DNA from: a bacterium
GTDB taxonomy: Bacteria; Patescibacteriota; Minisyncoccia; Phycocordibacterales; PALSA-1337
Direction of reading: 5' to 3'
Assembly: GCA_021782175.1 (NCBI GenBank)
Contig: JAJXVL010000001.1
Coordinates: 1-62,375 of the forward strand
DNA: 62,375 nt
Shown here: piece after piece, positions 27,665-36,871 of the stretch
Layout of the letters: each line of letters starts with the position of its first letter
How positions within the stretch are numbered: position 1 is the stretch's first letter
The notes under the pieces: model-generated
What the model was told of the DNA's origin: nothing
Databases searched by the model: none
What the model saw: only the letters and a program-made list of their open reading frames with translations
Position numbers and translations under genes: made by a program

Positions 27665-28186
27665 TTACATTAGTAGTTTTTCCAGAGAAAATGTGTTTTT
27701 TGGAGGATAACCATTTCAATCTGATGAGCCCTCAGGTAGTTGGTCTCTAATAGCCCTAGAAGCATTGGGGTTCTGAGACACGCTGTCGGCACGGCCATCG
27801 TGTCGCAGCTCGTGCTCGCCGACGCGAGGAAATAGACATGATAATGTTCGATGTGCGTCGGCTCCGCAAGGTCTCATCACCCCAATGCTTCTATGTCTTT
27901 CATGAGTAATAATCAGTGAATCCAATACCAAGGCCCCATCAATAGAGTTTTTGAGAGACCGAGGACTGTCTGAGCGGAGCGGGAGCGTAGCGAGTTTCGC
28001 AGGGCTCTCAAAAACTACTATTGATGGGGCTAAAGGTTCCAGGATGTTCTAAGCGAAGTTCCCACTAAGGGTACAGCTACTCTCCGAGAAACTACTATTG
28101 ATGGGGCTAAAGGTTTCAGGATGTTCTAAGTAGAGTTCCCACCAGGGTACAACCTGTTCTCCGACAGACAACTTGTTATCCGATAT
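27665..28186. repeat. Mosaic nested-palindrome repeat cluster, locus L4. It contains the E leader, D arms at 27753-27770/27879-27895 with a ~110-nt loop, G + P hairpin at 27911-28035, and a tandem ~72-nt tail/Q-right/P-right unit x2 at 28014-28160. It ends with Q-type right arms at 28126-28186.
   Basis: All modules were read directly from the sequence and are shared with L1-L3, L5 and L6. Confidence 0.88.
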
Positions 28187-28189
28187 ATT

Positions 28190-29575
28190 TTATTTTTCCA
28201 CCACCTTGTAACCATCAACCTGATCCAGGATTTCAAAACCACGTGATTCTATCTCGGCGCGTAAGGCATCAGCTTTCGCCCAGTCTTTGGCTTGCCTAGC
28301 TTCTTCACGAGCTTCAGCCAGAGCCTGAATCTCCGGTGGTATAACAGTCGTTTCTGATATTTTGGGCACCGTGGACAATTTCAAACCGAAGACTCGGTCG
28401 AAGTCTAGAAGAGTCGCTTTTTTGGCGGCTTCTGATACACCGGAATCCTTGATCAAGGCCCAAGCCAGAGCCACAGCCTGAGGCATATCCAAGTCATCGT
28501 TGATTAAGGTCTGGAAACGCGTCAAATAGCTCGAATCAGCCTCGCCGCCATCAGGATAGGTACTGACTATGGTCATGAGGCGTATGAGGGCGTTCTGAGC
28601 CGCCTTGATGGCTTCCAGGTTGAAGTCGATAGGTGATCGATAGTGAGCCGTCAGGAGCCAGTAACGGTAGGCGAGAGGAGAGACAGCTTGGTCGATCAGT
28701 TGTTGTAGGGTCAGAAAGTTCCCGGAAGATTTGGACATCTTGTCATGATTCAGTGTGATGAAGGCACTATGCATCCAATAGTCAGCCAGCGGCCTGCCGC
28801 AAGCTGCTTCGGATTGGGCTATCTCATTGGTGTGATGTACCGGAATATGATCGATGCCCCCAGTATGAATATCGAAGGGTTGACCGAGGTATTTGACGGA
28901 CATAGCCGAACATTCGATGTGCCAGCCCGGGAAGCCTTTGCCCCAGGGACTATCCCAACCAAGTTTCGGATCAAATTTCCACAGCCAAAAGTCCGCCGGA
29001 CTTTTCTTCTCTGGATCCAGTGCTACTCGAGCACCGGCTTTCAATTCGTCTAGTTTGAGATTGGCCAGCTTGCCGTAAGCAGGGAATTTGGAAACATCGA
29101 AACAGATTCCGCGTGAAGTTTGATAAGTGAAGCCATTCTCCTCAATCAGTTTGATAAGAGCGATATCATCATCAATATGTCGGCTAGCCTTGGGTAGTTC
29201 CTGGGGCTTCTCGATATTCAATCTTTCCAGATCGGTCACAAATCTCTCGAAGTAGATATCAGCCACTTCCGCCATGGCCGCTAGGGTGAGTGGCTTGCCG
29301 AGTCTTTTCAGGGTCTTGGTCATCTTGTCTTCGCCGTCATCAGCATCACTGATCAAATGTCCGACATCGGTGATATTGATCACCTGGTGCACGGCATATT
29401 TGTTGTATTCGAAAACACGCCGCAAGATATCGGCAAAAACATACGCCCGGAGATTGCCGATATGCGCGTCATCGTAGACAGTCGGGCCGCAATGATACAT
29501 GCCCACTTGGCCGGGATGAATCGGCTCGAAGACTTCCTTGCGCCGGGTCAGAGTGTTCCAAATCTTGATATCCAT
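28190..29575 (-). CDS. cysS: Cysteinyl-tRNA synthetase
   Basis: It has a HIGN (HIGH-type) motif and KMSKS. The start was trimmed to MDIKIWNTL. Confidence 0.9.
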   Translation of the reverse strand: MDIKIWNTLTRRKEVFEPIHPGQVGMYHCGPTVYDDAHIGNLRAYVFADILRRVFEYNKYAVHQVINITDVGHLISDADDGEDKMTKTLKRLGKPLTLAAMAEVADIYFERFVTDLERLNIEKPQELPKASRHIDDDIALIKLIEENGFTYQTSRGICFDVSKFPAYGKLANLKLDELKAGARVALDPEKKSPADFWLWKFDPKLGWDSPWGKGFPGWHIECSAMSVKYLGQPFDIHTGGIDHIPVHHTNEIAQSEAACGRPLADYWMHSAFITLNHDKMSKSSGNFLTLQQLIDQAVSPLAYRYWLLTAHYRSPIDFNLEAIKAAQNALIRLMTIVSTYPDGGEADSSYLTRFQTLINDDLDMPQAVALAWALIKDSGVSEAAKKATLLDFDRVFGLKLSTVPKISETTVIPPEIQALAEAREEARQAKDWAKADALRAEIESRGFEILDQVDGYKVVEK

Positions 29576-29579
29576 AGGA

Positions 29580-30518
29580 TTAGAGCCAGCGGCGACGTTT
29601 GACGAATAACCAGATACCGATGGCAATAACGATCATTGATCCCAGAATAATCATCCAACCAGATCGTTCATCAATGATTGGCACATAAGCGGCTGGAATA
29701 GTGAACAGGGCCGCAATGAAAGTGGCCGGGTAGAAGATAAAAGTTACAACTGTCAGAGTTCTAATGATATCGTTTTGTTTGGTGTTGAGCAGTGAATCAT
29801 TGGTCTCACGCAGATCGACGACCAATTCATGAGCATTGGCGATCAGTTCGTGAATGCGACCAAATTCATCATGCAAATCTTAGACATAACTGCCAAAATC
29901 GCCACCGAAGAAATCCTTGGAGGCAAAGTCGATCATATCTTCCCAAATCTCTCGATGAACTCTGGCCGTCTGACGGAAGTCAATGAGCTCGCGTGACAGG
30001 CTGGAGAGGACCTCCACCATGCTGCGCTCGTCGCCTTTGAATATTCGAGTCTCAGCCGAAGAAAGAGCATCATGAATATTACGCAGATCTTCAACCATAC
30101 CGGCGTACAAGCGCATGACCATGTAGTAGAAGAGGTGCCCGGCATGTTCTAGTTTGTCTTTGGCTTCACGGTCCAAGATGACATTGGTTTCAAAAATTTT
30201 GGCGAAATACTCCAACTGTTCTATGGCTCCGGAACGGGAAGTGATCAAGAAATCTTTGCCGATCACAAAGTCTATTTCGCGGTCGACAATAATATAACGG
30301 CCGTTTTTCTGGATTCGTTCGGGCAGGGTCAGCACTACTAGGACATAGTCTTTGTAGAAGTCTATTTTGGCCACCGAAGGGGAACTCTTCAACTCTTCAC
30401 CAACCAAAGGGTGGAGATTGTAACGTTTGACTAAATAAGCGATTTCTTCGTCAGTGGGGGAGTCTAGGTCAACCCAGATCAAGCCCTTGGCGGTGTGAGT
30501 ATTGGTCATATGGATCAA
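29580..30518 (-). pseudogene. corA: CorA-like Mg2+/Co2+ transporter homolog interrupted by a single in-frame TAA (29880-29882), with the GMN signature not conserved
   Basis: The two ORFs (212 aa + 98 aa) are in the same frame and read ...FGSYV*DLHDEFGRIHEL... The C-terminal part has two TM helices, but FIAALFTIP replaces the expected YGMNF. Confidence 0.65.
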
Positions 30519-30600
30519 TTATACGGTGCGTCGCTTGGCGCCGCAACCGCTTTGTGCCATAATAGTCGGGCTTACTCTAATCAAAATTAGACATTATCTT

Positions 30601-31818
30601 ATGCCCGCCTCAAACAAAAAATTTCTCTATTTAGCGGTGATTCTACCGACAGCCGTCATCGCTTTTATCATTGGTCTCTACTTCGGTGGTAACCCAACGA
30701 TCTCTTCAGAAATCGGCAATGCTCAGGCAACGGATGGTCAGTTTGTTACCGGTGACCAGTTCGCGCCATTCTGGAAAGCTTGGAGTATTTTGGAGCAAAA
30801 GGATGTCAACGCGGCCTCAACGACCGTCTCTGATCGTATCTGGGGCGCTATTAGCGGTCTTACGGCTTCTTACGGTGATCCTTATACGGTCTTCTTCCCG
30901 CCCCAGCAGGCCAAAATGTTCGAGGAAAACATTGCCGGTAATTTCGGTGGTGTAGGTATGGAAATTGGCGTCAAAGATGGTCAGTTGGTAGTGGTGGCTC
31001 CGCTCAAGGATAGTCCGGCCGCCAAAGCTGGGGTCAAAGCCGGGGAAGCTATTGTAGCTATCAACGGTACTTCTACGGATCAGATGAGCTCAGATGAGGC
31101 TGTGAGCTTGATCCGTGGTCCCAAGGGTACGCCGGTCAAAATCTCTTTCCTCGATCCTGGTACCACCAAGCCGATTGAGCGTACGATTATTCGTGACACT
31201 ATCAATATTCCGACTTTGGATGCCACGGCCCGACCTGACGGCATCTTCGTCATCAAACTCTACAGCTTCACTGCTCAATCACCGGATCTTTTCCGTAACG
31301 CGCTGCGTCAGTTCGTCCTCTCTGGCGATCACAAGTTGATTCTTGATCTGCGTGGCAATCCGGGTGGCTATCTGGATGCCGCTTGGGATATGGCTTCCTG
31401 GTTCTTGCCGGCTGGTAAGGTAGTGGTGACCGAGGCTTTTGGTAACCACGCCGCTCCCCAGGTCTATCGCAGCAAAGGCTACAATGTCTTCAATAGCAAT
31501 CTGCAGATGTATGTACTCGTTGACAATGGCTCGGCTTCAGCCGCGGAAATTCTAGCTGGCGCTTTGCAGGAACAAGGTATTGCCAAGCTTATCGGCGTCA
31601 AAACCTTCGGTAAGGGTTCTGTCCAGGAATTGGTACCGATCACCGATAACACTTCACTCAAGGTTACTATTGCTCTATGGTTGACGCCGAACGGACACAA
31701 TCTCAACCATGACGGTTTGGATCCTGACTATGTCGTGCCGACGACCAATGCCGATGTCCAAGCTGGTCACGATCCGGTCATGGACAAGGCAGTGTCTCTA
31801 CTCAGCCAGCAGCCTTAG
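30601..31818 (+). CDS. ctp: Carboxy-terminal processing protease (S41 family) with PDZ domain
   Basis: It has an N-terminal TM helix, a PDZ domain, and the motifs GNPGGY and SASAAEI. Confidence 0.85.
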   Translation: MPASNKKFLYLAVILPTAVIAFIIGLYFGGNPTISSEIGNAQATDGQFVTGDQFAPFWKAWSILEQKDVNAASTTVSDRIWGAISGLTASYGDPYTVFFPPQQAKMFEENIAGNFGGVGMEIGVKDGQLVVVAPLKDSPAAKAGVKAGEAIVAINGTSTDQMSSDEAVSLIRGPKGTPVKISFLDPGTTKPIERTIIRDTINIPTLDATARPDGIFVIKLYSFTAQSPDLFRNALRQFVLSGDHKLILDLRGNPGGYLDAAWDMASWFLPAGKVVVTEAFGNHAAPQVYRSKGYNVFNSNLQMYVLVDNGSASAAEILAGALQEQGIAKLIGVKTFGKGSVQELVPITDNTSLKVTIALWLTPNGHNLNHDGLDPDYVVPTTNADVQAGHDPVMDKAVSLLSQQP

Positions 31819-31851
31819 TATGTTCAGTATTAGCAAATCAAAACAAACAAC

Positions 31852-32295
31852 ATGAAAGTCATTCTGCTCAAAGATCTCGCCAAGCTCGGTAAGAAGTTCG
31901 ATGTCAAGGAAGTATCCAGTGGTCATGCGCTCAACCTGCTTATTCCGCGCGGTGATGCTATCGCGGCTACACGCGACACTCTGAAGCGTTACGAATTGAT
32001 CAAAGCCAAGGAACAAGGTGACAAGCAAGTTATTGCCGATCTAATCGCCAAGAATATCAAGGATCTCGATGGTTTGAATCTGTCAGTCGCCAGCAAGGCC
32101 AATGACAAAGGTCATCTTTTCGCTGGTTTGCACCGCGAAGCTGTGGTGGCGGAAATCTTCAAACAAACCAAGCTCCAGATTGATCCAGAATTCATCAAGT
32201 TGGATCAGCCGCTCAAGACGGTAGGGGAGCACGAAATAGTGGTCCAAGCGGGGGAGCAAAAAGCTAAGTTTACTCTGGTAATCACCGCGGCTTAG
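31852..32295 (+). CDS. rplI: 50S ribosomal protein L9
   Basis: It begins MKVILLKDLAKLGKKFDVKEVSSGHALNLLIP. Confidence 0.9.
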   Translation: MKVILLKDLAKLGKKFDVKEVSSGHALNLLIPRGDAIAATRDTLKRYELIKAKEQGDKQVIADLIAKNIKDLDGLNLSVASKANDKGHLFAGLHREAVVAEIFKQTKLQIDPEFIKLDQPLKTVGEHEIVVQAGEQKAKFTLVITAA

Positions 32296-32299
32296 TCGC

Positions 32300-32715
32300 A
32301 ACTTCACTAGAGAAGCTCTCAGGTAGTCAGTCTCGAATAGCCCCAGAAGCATCAGGGGACTTCAATATTCGGTCTCCAGGACACGGAAATTCCCTGCTGG
32401 GAATTTCCTCTATGCCAGGCAACAGTCGCGCTCGCAGGGTCCTTTCGACAGAACATTGAAGTCCCCTGAGGATTTGAGGTATTTCAGCAGCGAATCAATA
32501 CCAAAGCCCCATCAATAGAGTTTTTGAGAGACCGTATTGTTAGGAGAGTAGCTGTACCCTTAGTGGGAACATTCCCAGCGGGATCAGTAGTCTAAAATGT
32601 ATTCCTTCAGCCTAATAATCGGCCTAAGTAGAGTTCCCACTAAGGGTACAGCTACTCTCCGAGAAACTACTATTGATGGGTCTAAGGTCTGGGCGCGATT
32701 AAGTTAAATGGAGTT
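32300..32715. repeat. Mosaic nested-palindrome repeat cluster, locus L5. It contains the D multi-helix module at 32339-32470, the P stem enclosing the Q hairpin at 32505-32682, and the tail.
   Basis: It is the reverse complement of 213-567 with scattered substitutions. Confidence 0.88.
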
Positions 32716-32726
32716 CCTATTTCCTG

Positions 32727-32775
32727 AATAAAAAACAGATCAACCTTTATGGGTCGACCTGTTTTTTTGTTTTTC
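32727..32775. terminator. Bidirectional rho-independent terminator candidate (11-bp imperfect stem flanked by A-run and T-run)
   Basis: The sequence is AAAAACAGATCAACC-TTTATG-GGTCGACCTGTTTTTTTGTTTTT, located downstream of rpmA on the minus strand. Confidence 0.6.
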
Positions 32776-32797
32776 TTGGTAGGGAAGCGTTGTTGAA

Positions 32798-33070
32798 CTA
32801 GATCACATGGACAACTTTCTTGCGAACGATGTCACTGTTGAAGCTAGTTTTGCGCTTCGATGAGAACTGGACTTTGCCATCCTTTTCAGCAAAAAGGGTA
32901 TAGTCCTTGCCTACGCCGACATTTTTGCCAGGCAGGAATGAAGTACCACGCTGGCGGAGGATAATTTGGCCGACGGTAATAGCTTGGCCGTGGTTTTTCT
33001 TCACGCCCAAATATTTCGGATTTGAGTCGCGACCGTTCTTTGATGCGCCTTCTGCTTTGCGGTGTGCCAT
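32798..33070 (-). CDS. rpmA: 50S ribosomal protein L27
   Basis: It begins [24 protein letters not shown]. Confidence 0.93.
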   Translation of the reverse strand: MAHRKAEGASKNGRDSNPKYLGVKKNHGQAITVGQIILRQRGTSFLPGKNVGVGKDYTLFAEKDGKVQFSSKRKTSFNSDIVRKKVVHVI

Positions 33071-33189
33071 AGTGGAAACTAGCTTAACATAAGGCTATTT
33101 TTGGCGCAAGGGTAGAAAAATGGCTCAAAATAAGGGTTTTTTGGTGCTGAAATATGGCTCAACAAAGCCATTTATTTGGCATAGACCTC

Positions 33190-33218
33190 TTGACTTTGTA
33201 GACCATAAGTGCTAGACT
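33190..33218 (+). promoter_or_regulatory. Sigma70-like promoter candidate TTGACT-17 nt-TAGACT
   Basis: The hexamers and spacer were counted by hand. It lies ~60 nt upstream of the 33278 ATG. Confidence 0.45.
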
Positions 33219-33277
33219 ATGGGCACAAATGAGCTAAGTGAGCGTCATGCTTACAGGCTCGTTTTTTAATTAAACAT

Positions 33278-33745
33278 ATGATTGAAGTAGCTACTGGTGT
33301 GGCATTCCTGATGTCTTCGCTTTACGGCGTAGGTCAGGCCAATGCCGCTACAACCGCGAATATGCCGTCGACTGTTATTCAGGCAGCCTCACAGGCCCAA
33401 AATAGCGTCGCTACGACTAGTCCGGCCAATAACAAGGGTATTGAAGCTTATGTCAAAGAGTCTTATGCCGATGAGCCAATCCTGGTAGATATTGCTCGCT
33501 GTGAGTCGACCTTCCGACAATTCGGTCAAGATGGCAAAGTCATAAGGGGATTGGTCAATAACCAGGATGTTGGCGTGATGCAGATCAACGAACGATACCA
33601 TGCGGCCGAAGCGGCCAAGATGGGTATCGACATCTATACTGTCGAGGGTAATGTAGCCTTCGCTAGACATCTCTATGAGAAGTATGGAACAGACCCGTGG
33701 TCTTCGTCAGAGAAGTGCTGGGGTCAAGATTTGGCCGGCCGCTAG
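33278..33745 (+). CDS. Secreted transglycosylase-like (SLT/Rpf-type lysozyme fold) protein
   Basis: It has a signal peptide, an ARCEST motif with a candidate catalytic Glu, and DVGVMQINERYH. Confidence 0.65.
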   Translation: MIEVATGVAFLMSSLYGVGQANAATTANMPSTVIQAASQAQNSVATTSPANNKGIEAYVKESYADEPILVDIARCESTFRQFGQDGKVIRGLVNNQDVGVMQINERYHAAEAAKMGIDIYTVEGNVAFARHLYEKYGTDPWSSSEKCWGQDLAGR

Positions 33746-33799
33746 GATGTCGCACAATATATCTTTTGGGTAATATAGGCCCGGGACCAGTATAGTCCT

Positions 33800-34132
33800 C
33801 TACTGATATGTTGGTATTGGCGGTAGTTGTGGCGATGAAGTGGCGATGTTGGTGGTCTGCCCATTCTTCATGTTGGTGAGATTCTGAATGGCCGGATCCC
33901 AGATCAGGTTCACGAAGATGTTCCAGGCGTAAGTTGCCGGAACCTTGAGATAGTTATCCCAGATATAGACCGTATTACTAGCTACATAAGAGATATTATC
34001 CTGAGTGGTCGGTGCGTTGACTAGACTGCGTAGATTGATATTGAAATAGCTCAAAACTAATAAAGCGATGACAATGAGCACGATCATTTTGATCAGGCCT
34101 CTATCCCCCGCCGGTTTGGTTTTCATAGACAT
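33800..34132 (-). CDS. Small membrane-anchored hypothetical protein
   Basis: 110 aa with one N-terminal TM helix (MIVLIVIALLVLSYF). Confidence 0.45.
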   Translation of the reverse strand: MSMKTKPAGDRGLIKMIVLIVIALLVLSYFNINLRSLVNAPTTQDNISYVASNTVYIWDNYLKVPATYAWNIFVNLIWDPAIQNLTNMKNGQTTNIATSSPQLPPIPTYQ

Positions 34133-34141
34133 ATTTTAGCC

Positions 34142-35482
34142 TTAATATGGCATTTTCGGCAAATAAGAAAGTGGATTGAGATAAGCCGACAAAACAGCCA
34201 AAGGTACAGTGGCACCTTGACAATGTTTGGAAGTTGTGAACTTCTGAATAGAAACACCGCTCGTGGCATAGACGCCAAAGTGCAAGTGCGGACCGGTTGT
34301 ATAGCCCGTATTGCCGCTATAGCCGATAATTTGTCCGGTGACTACAGTCTGACCAATATCAACGACAGATAGCGACAGGTGGGCGTATAGAGTCGACAAA
34401 CCATCCGGATGCTTGATCATGATCCAGCGGCCGAAGGAATAACAACCAGGTACCAGGTCAGTATTAGCTTCGCCAACGACTTGTCCGGTCAAAGCGGCTC
34501 TTACAGGCGTACCAATGGAAGCTCGGAAGTCGACGCCGTCATGACCAAAACCGTTGTAGATTTGGGCATTGGCTGTGGCAAAAGGCGTGTTACCGAAATA
34601 TTGCGTGATAAAGACCTTGTCTACCGGCCAGTTCAATGGCGCTGAGCCTGAAGGTGGCAGGCTGGTACTGCTCACATTCAGCTGCAGTTGGCTGCCATAC
34701 TGCAACAATTCTTGCTCGAAGGCATCTTTGAGGGCTTTTTTGTTGGCCAGAATGGCCTGGTAAGCAGCCTCAGAGTCTTTGGTCTCTGCCAGAAGTTTGC
34801 TCTTGTCATTCTGGGTAGCCAGGACAACATTGCGCTGATCACGCAGTTGGTTTTGCAGGTCGATCAAATCAGCCCGGGCTTTTTGCACATTGGACTTGGT
34901 ATGTTCCAGGCTGGCCTTGGTTGAAGACAATTTCCCAATCCGGTCCTGGAGATTACCTTCGAGTAGAGCCAGGTCATTGACATTCTGCCAGACTTGGCTG
35001 ATTGATTGGCTGGACAAGATAAGTGCTGCCAAAGAATGGTTACCACTCTCAGCCATACTCATGAATGCTTCAGCTACGGAGCGTTGATTGTCCGCCAAGG
35101 TGCTTTGGGTGTCACCAATTTGGCTATTGAGGTTGTTGAGACGGGCTGAAGCGGCATCAACCTTGTCCTTGGTCAGAGCGATCGAGGCCTGCAGTTTGCG
35201 TTGGCTCAGATCTAGACTCTTGATAGTGTCGGATAGCGAGTCGGCTTGGCCGGATAAATCATCTAGCTGATTCTGATAAGCCGCGATTTCCTTTTCTAGA
35301 TTTTGAATATCTGCGGTACGTTGGTCGATCTTGCTTTGCAAACTACTGTCCGCGGCCGGGGAGGCTGTGGAGGCATTCGTTGTATCAGCTCTGGTGTATG
35401 CCGGCTGTGCCAGGAACGAAACAATCACGACCAAAAAGGCCCAAGTGAAAGCCTGTAGTATCCCTTGGAGGTTTTTAGCCAT
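34142..35482 (-). CDS. M23 family metallopeptidase with N-terminal coiled coil (EnvC-like)
   Basis: It has a signal/TM segment, a long Q/L-rich coiled coil, and the motifs HDGVDF and TGPHLHFGVY. Confidence 0.85.
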   Translation of the reverse strand: MAKNLQGILQAFTWAFLVVIVSFLAQPAYTRADTTNASTASPAADSSLQSKIDQRTADIQNLEKEIAAYQNQLDDLSGQADSLSDTIKSLDLSQRKLQASIALTKDKVDAASARLNNLNSQIGDTQSTLADNQRSVAEAFMSMAESGNHSLAALILSSQSISQVWQNVNDLALLEGNLQDRIGKLSSTKASLEHTKSNVQKARADLIDLQNQLRDQRNVVLATQNDKSKLLAETKDSEAAYQAILANKKALKDAFEQELLQYGSQLQLNVSSTSLPPSGSAPLNWPVDKVFITQYFGNTPFATANAQIYNGFGHDGVDFRASIGTPVRAALTGQVVGEANTDLVPGCYSFGRWIMIKHPDGLSTLYAHLSLSVVDIGQTVVTGQIIGYSGNTGYTTGPHLHFGVYATSGVSIQKFTTSKHCQGATVPLAVLSAYLNPLSYLPKMPY

Positions 35483-36836
35483 GCTTCAACGATTGAGACT
35501 CCTGAGTATTCAGGCGATGCAGGGCCGAGTCTAGTCTCTTCAGACTCTCTTCCCTGCCTAGAATAGCAGCTGAGACGAATGGATCTGGGGATTTGTCCTG
35601 ACCAGTGAGAGCAATACGTAAGGGCCAGAGAACATCGCCGCGACCTTGGGCTTCGGCGTAGGGCCAGAGGGTATCTTTGATCGTATTGGCGTCAAATTCG
35701 ATATCCGCCAAGATATGCAGGAGACGCTTGGCTTCGGTCAGATGTTTGATGGCTGTAGCTGTTGGTTCGGTGCTTTTTTTCCAAGGAAGCTTGGCTAGGT
35801 CATAAGCCGGTAAACTTCGCACAAAATGCAATTCCCCACTTTCTTCGAATAGTGCCGGGACTTCATCAAAAGCGGCAATCTTATCCTTGATGATTGGGAG
35901 CAAGCGTTTCAAAACCGGGCTTTTGACGGATAGCCATTCTGGCAAGAATGGTTGGACGGCCTCGCTGAAGTCGGCTTCGTTGAGTTGGAGCAAATATTGG
36001 CGGTTGAACCAGCGCAATTTGGCTTCGTCGAAGATGGCCCCGGCCTTCTGGACACGTTCCAATGAAAAATCTTTGATGATTTCCGCGAAAGACATAACTT
36101 CGCGATTATCTTCCGGGTGCCAACCTAGGAGAGCCAGATAATTCACTACGGCTGCTGGCAAGAAACCGCGGCGGCGATATTCGGTCACCGGGATGGCACC
36201 GTTGCGTTTGGATAGTTTGGAACGATCAGTAGCCAGAAGAAGCGGAATATGAGCATAGGATGGTACCGGAAAACCCAGGGCTTCGTAGAGCAAAATATGA
36301 CGAGGGGTATTGGAGATGTGATCTTCACCGCGAATAACATGAGTAATACCCGACTCAGCATCATCCACCACGACAGCCAGATGGAAGACCGGTTCATCCA
36401 AACTTTTGGCTATGACAAAGTCGCCCAATTCCGTGGTGTCGAATTCGATTCGACCGCGAATCAAGTCATTGAAGACCACAACCTTGTTGGGATTCTTGAA
36501 ACGAATAACTTCACTCCGTTCACCAGCCGCCGCTACTTTCTCAGCCGAAACAAAAGCTTGGCTATTGGCGATCAAACGCTCAATATGTTTGCGATAATTA
36601 GCAGTGTGGTCTGATTGTCTCGAGAAATCATCATAATCCAAGCCGAGCCATTTCAAGCTATCAACAATGTTCTCCTCGTATTCTTTTTTGGAGCGTTCAC
36701 GGTCAGTGTCTTCGATGCGCAGGACGAATCGGCCGCCCTGCTGACGGGCAAAAATATAGGAAAAAAGCGCTGTTCGGTAGGAACCAGCGTGGAAATAACC
36801 AGTCGGTGAAGGGGCAAAACGGGTGATAACTTTCAT
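35475..36836 (-). CDS. gltX: Glutamyl-tRNA synthetase
   Basis: It has RFAPSPTGYFHAGS (HIGH-type) and KLSKR (KMSKS-type) motifs. The start was trimmed to MKVITRFAP. Confidence 0.9.
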   Translation of the reverse strand: MKVITRFAPSPTGYFHAGSYRTALFSYIFARQQGGRFVLRIEDTDRERSKKEYEENIVDSLKWLGLDYDDFSRQSDHTANYRKHIERLIANSQAFVSAEKVAAAGERSEVIRFKNPNKVVVFNDLIRGRIEFDTTELGDFVIAKSLDEPVFHLAVVVDDAESGITHVIRGEDHISNTPRHILLYEALGFPVPSYAHIPLLLATDRSKLSKRNGAIPVTEYRRRGFLPAAVVNYLALLGWHPEDNREVMSFAEIIKDFSLERVQKAGAIFDEAKLRWFNRQYLLQLNEADFSEAVQPFLPEWLSVKSPVLKRLLPIIKDKIAAFDEVPALFEESGELHFVRSLPAYDLAKLPWKKSTEPTATAIKHLTEAKRLLHILADIEFDANTIKDTLWPYAEAQGRGDVLWPLRIALTGQDKSPDPFVSAAILGREESLKRLDSALHRLNTQESQSLKHG

Positions 36837-36871
36837 TGCCTTATTATAGCGTATCTTGGTACAATGTAGCC

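Noticed and set aside
27721-27728. CTGATGAG, the hammerhead-ribozyme core-like octamer, inside repeat locus L4.
   Set aside because: There is no downstream GAAA core element or suitable stems I-III. The octamer is also not conserved in the corresponding module of L5 (32315-32340).
24833-28186. Possibility that the recurring intergenic repeats form a CRISPR array.
   Set aside because: There is no regular repeat-spacer periodicity. The units are long imperfect palindromes scattered across 47 kb between housekeeping genes, and the window has no cas genes.
29880-29882. An alternative genetic code (stop-codon reassignment) as the explanation for the in-frame TAA in the corA-like gene.
   Set aside because: TAA, TAG and TGA all terminate recognisable full-length proteins elsewhere in the window (for example TAA for priA, TGA for frr and proS). 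A genome-wide reassignment is therefore not supported.
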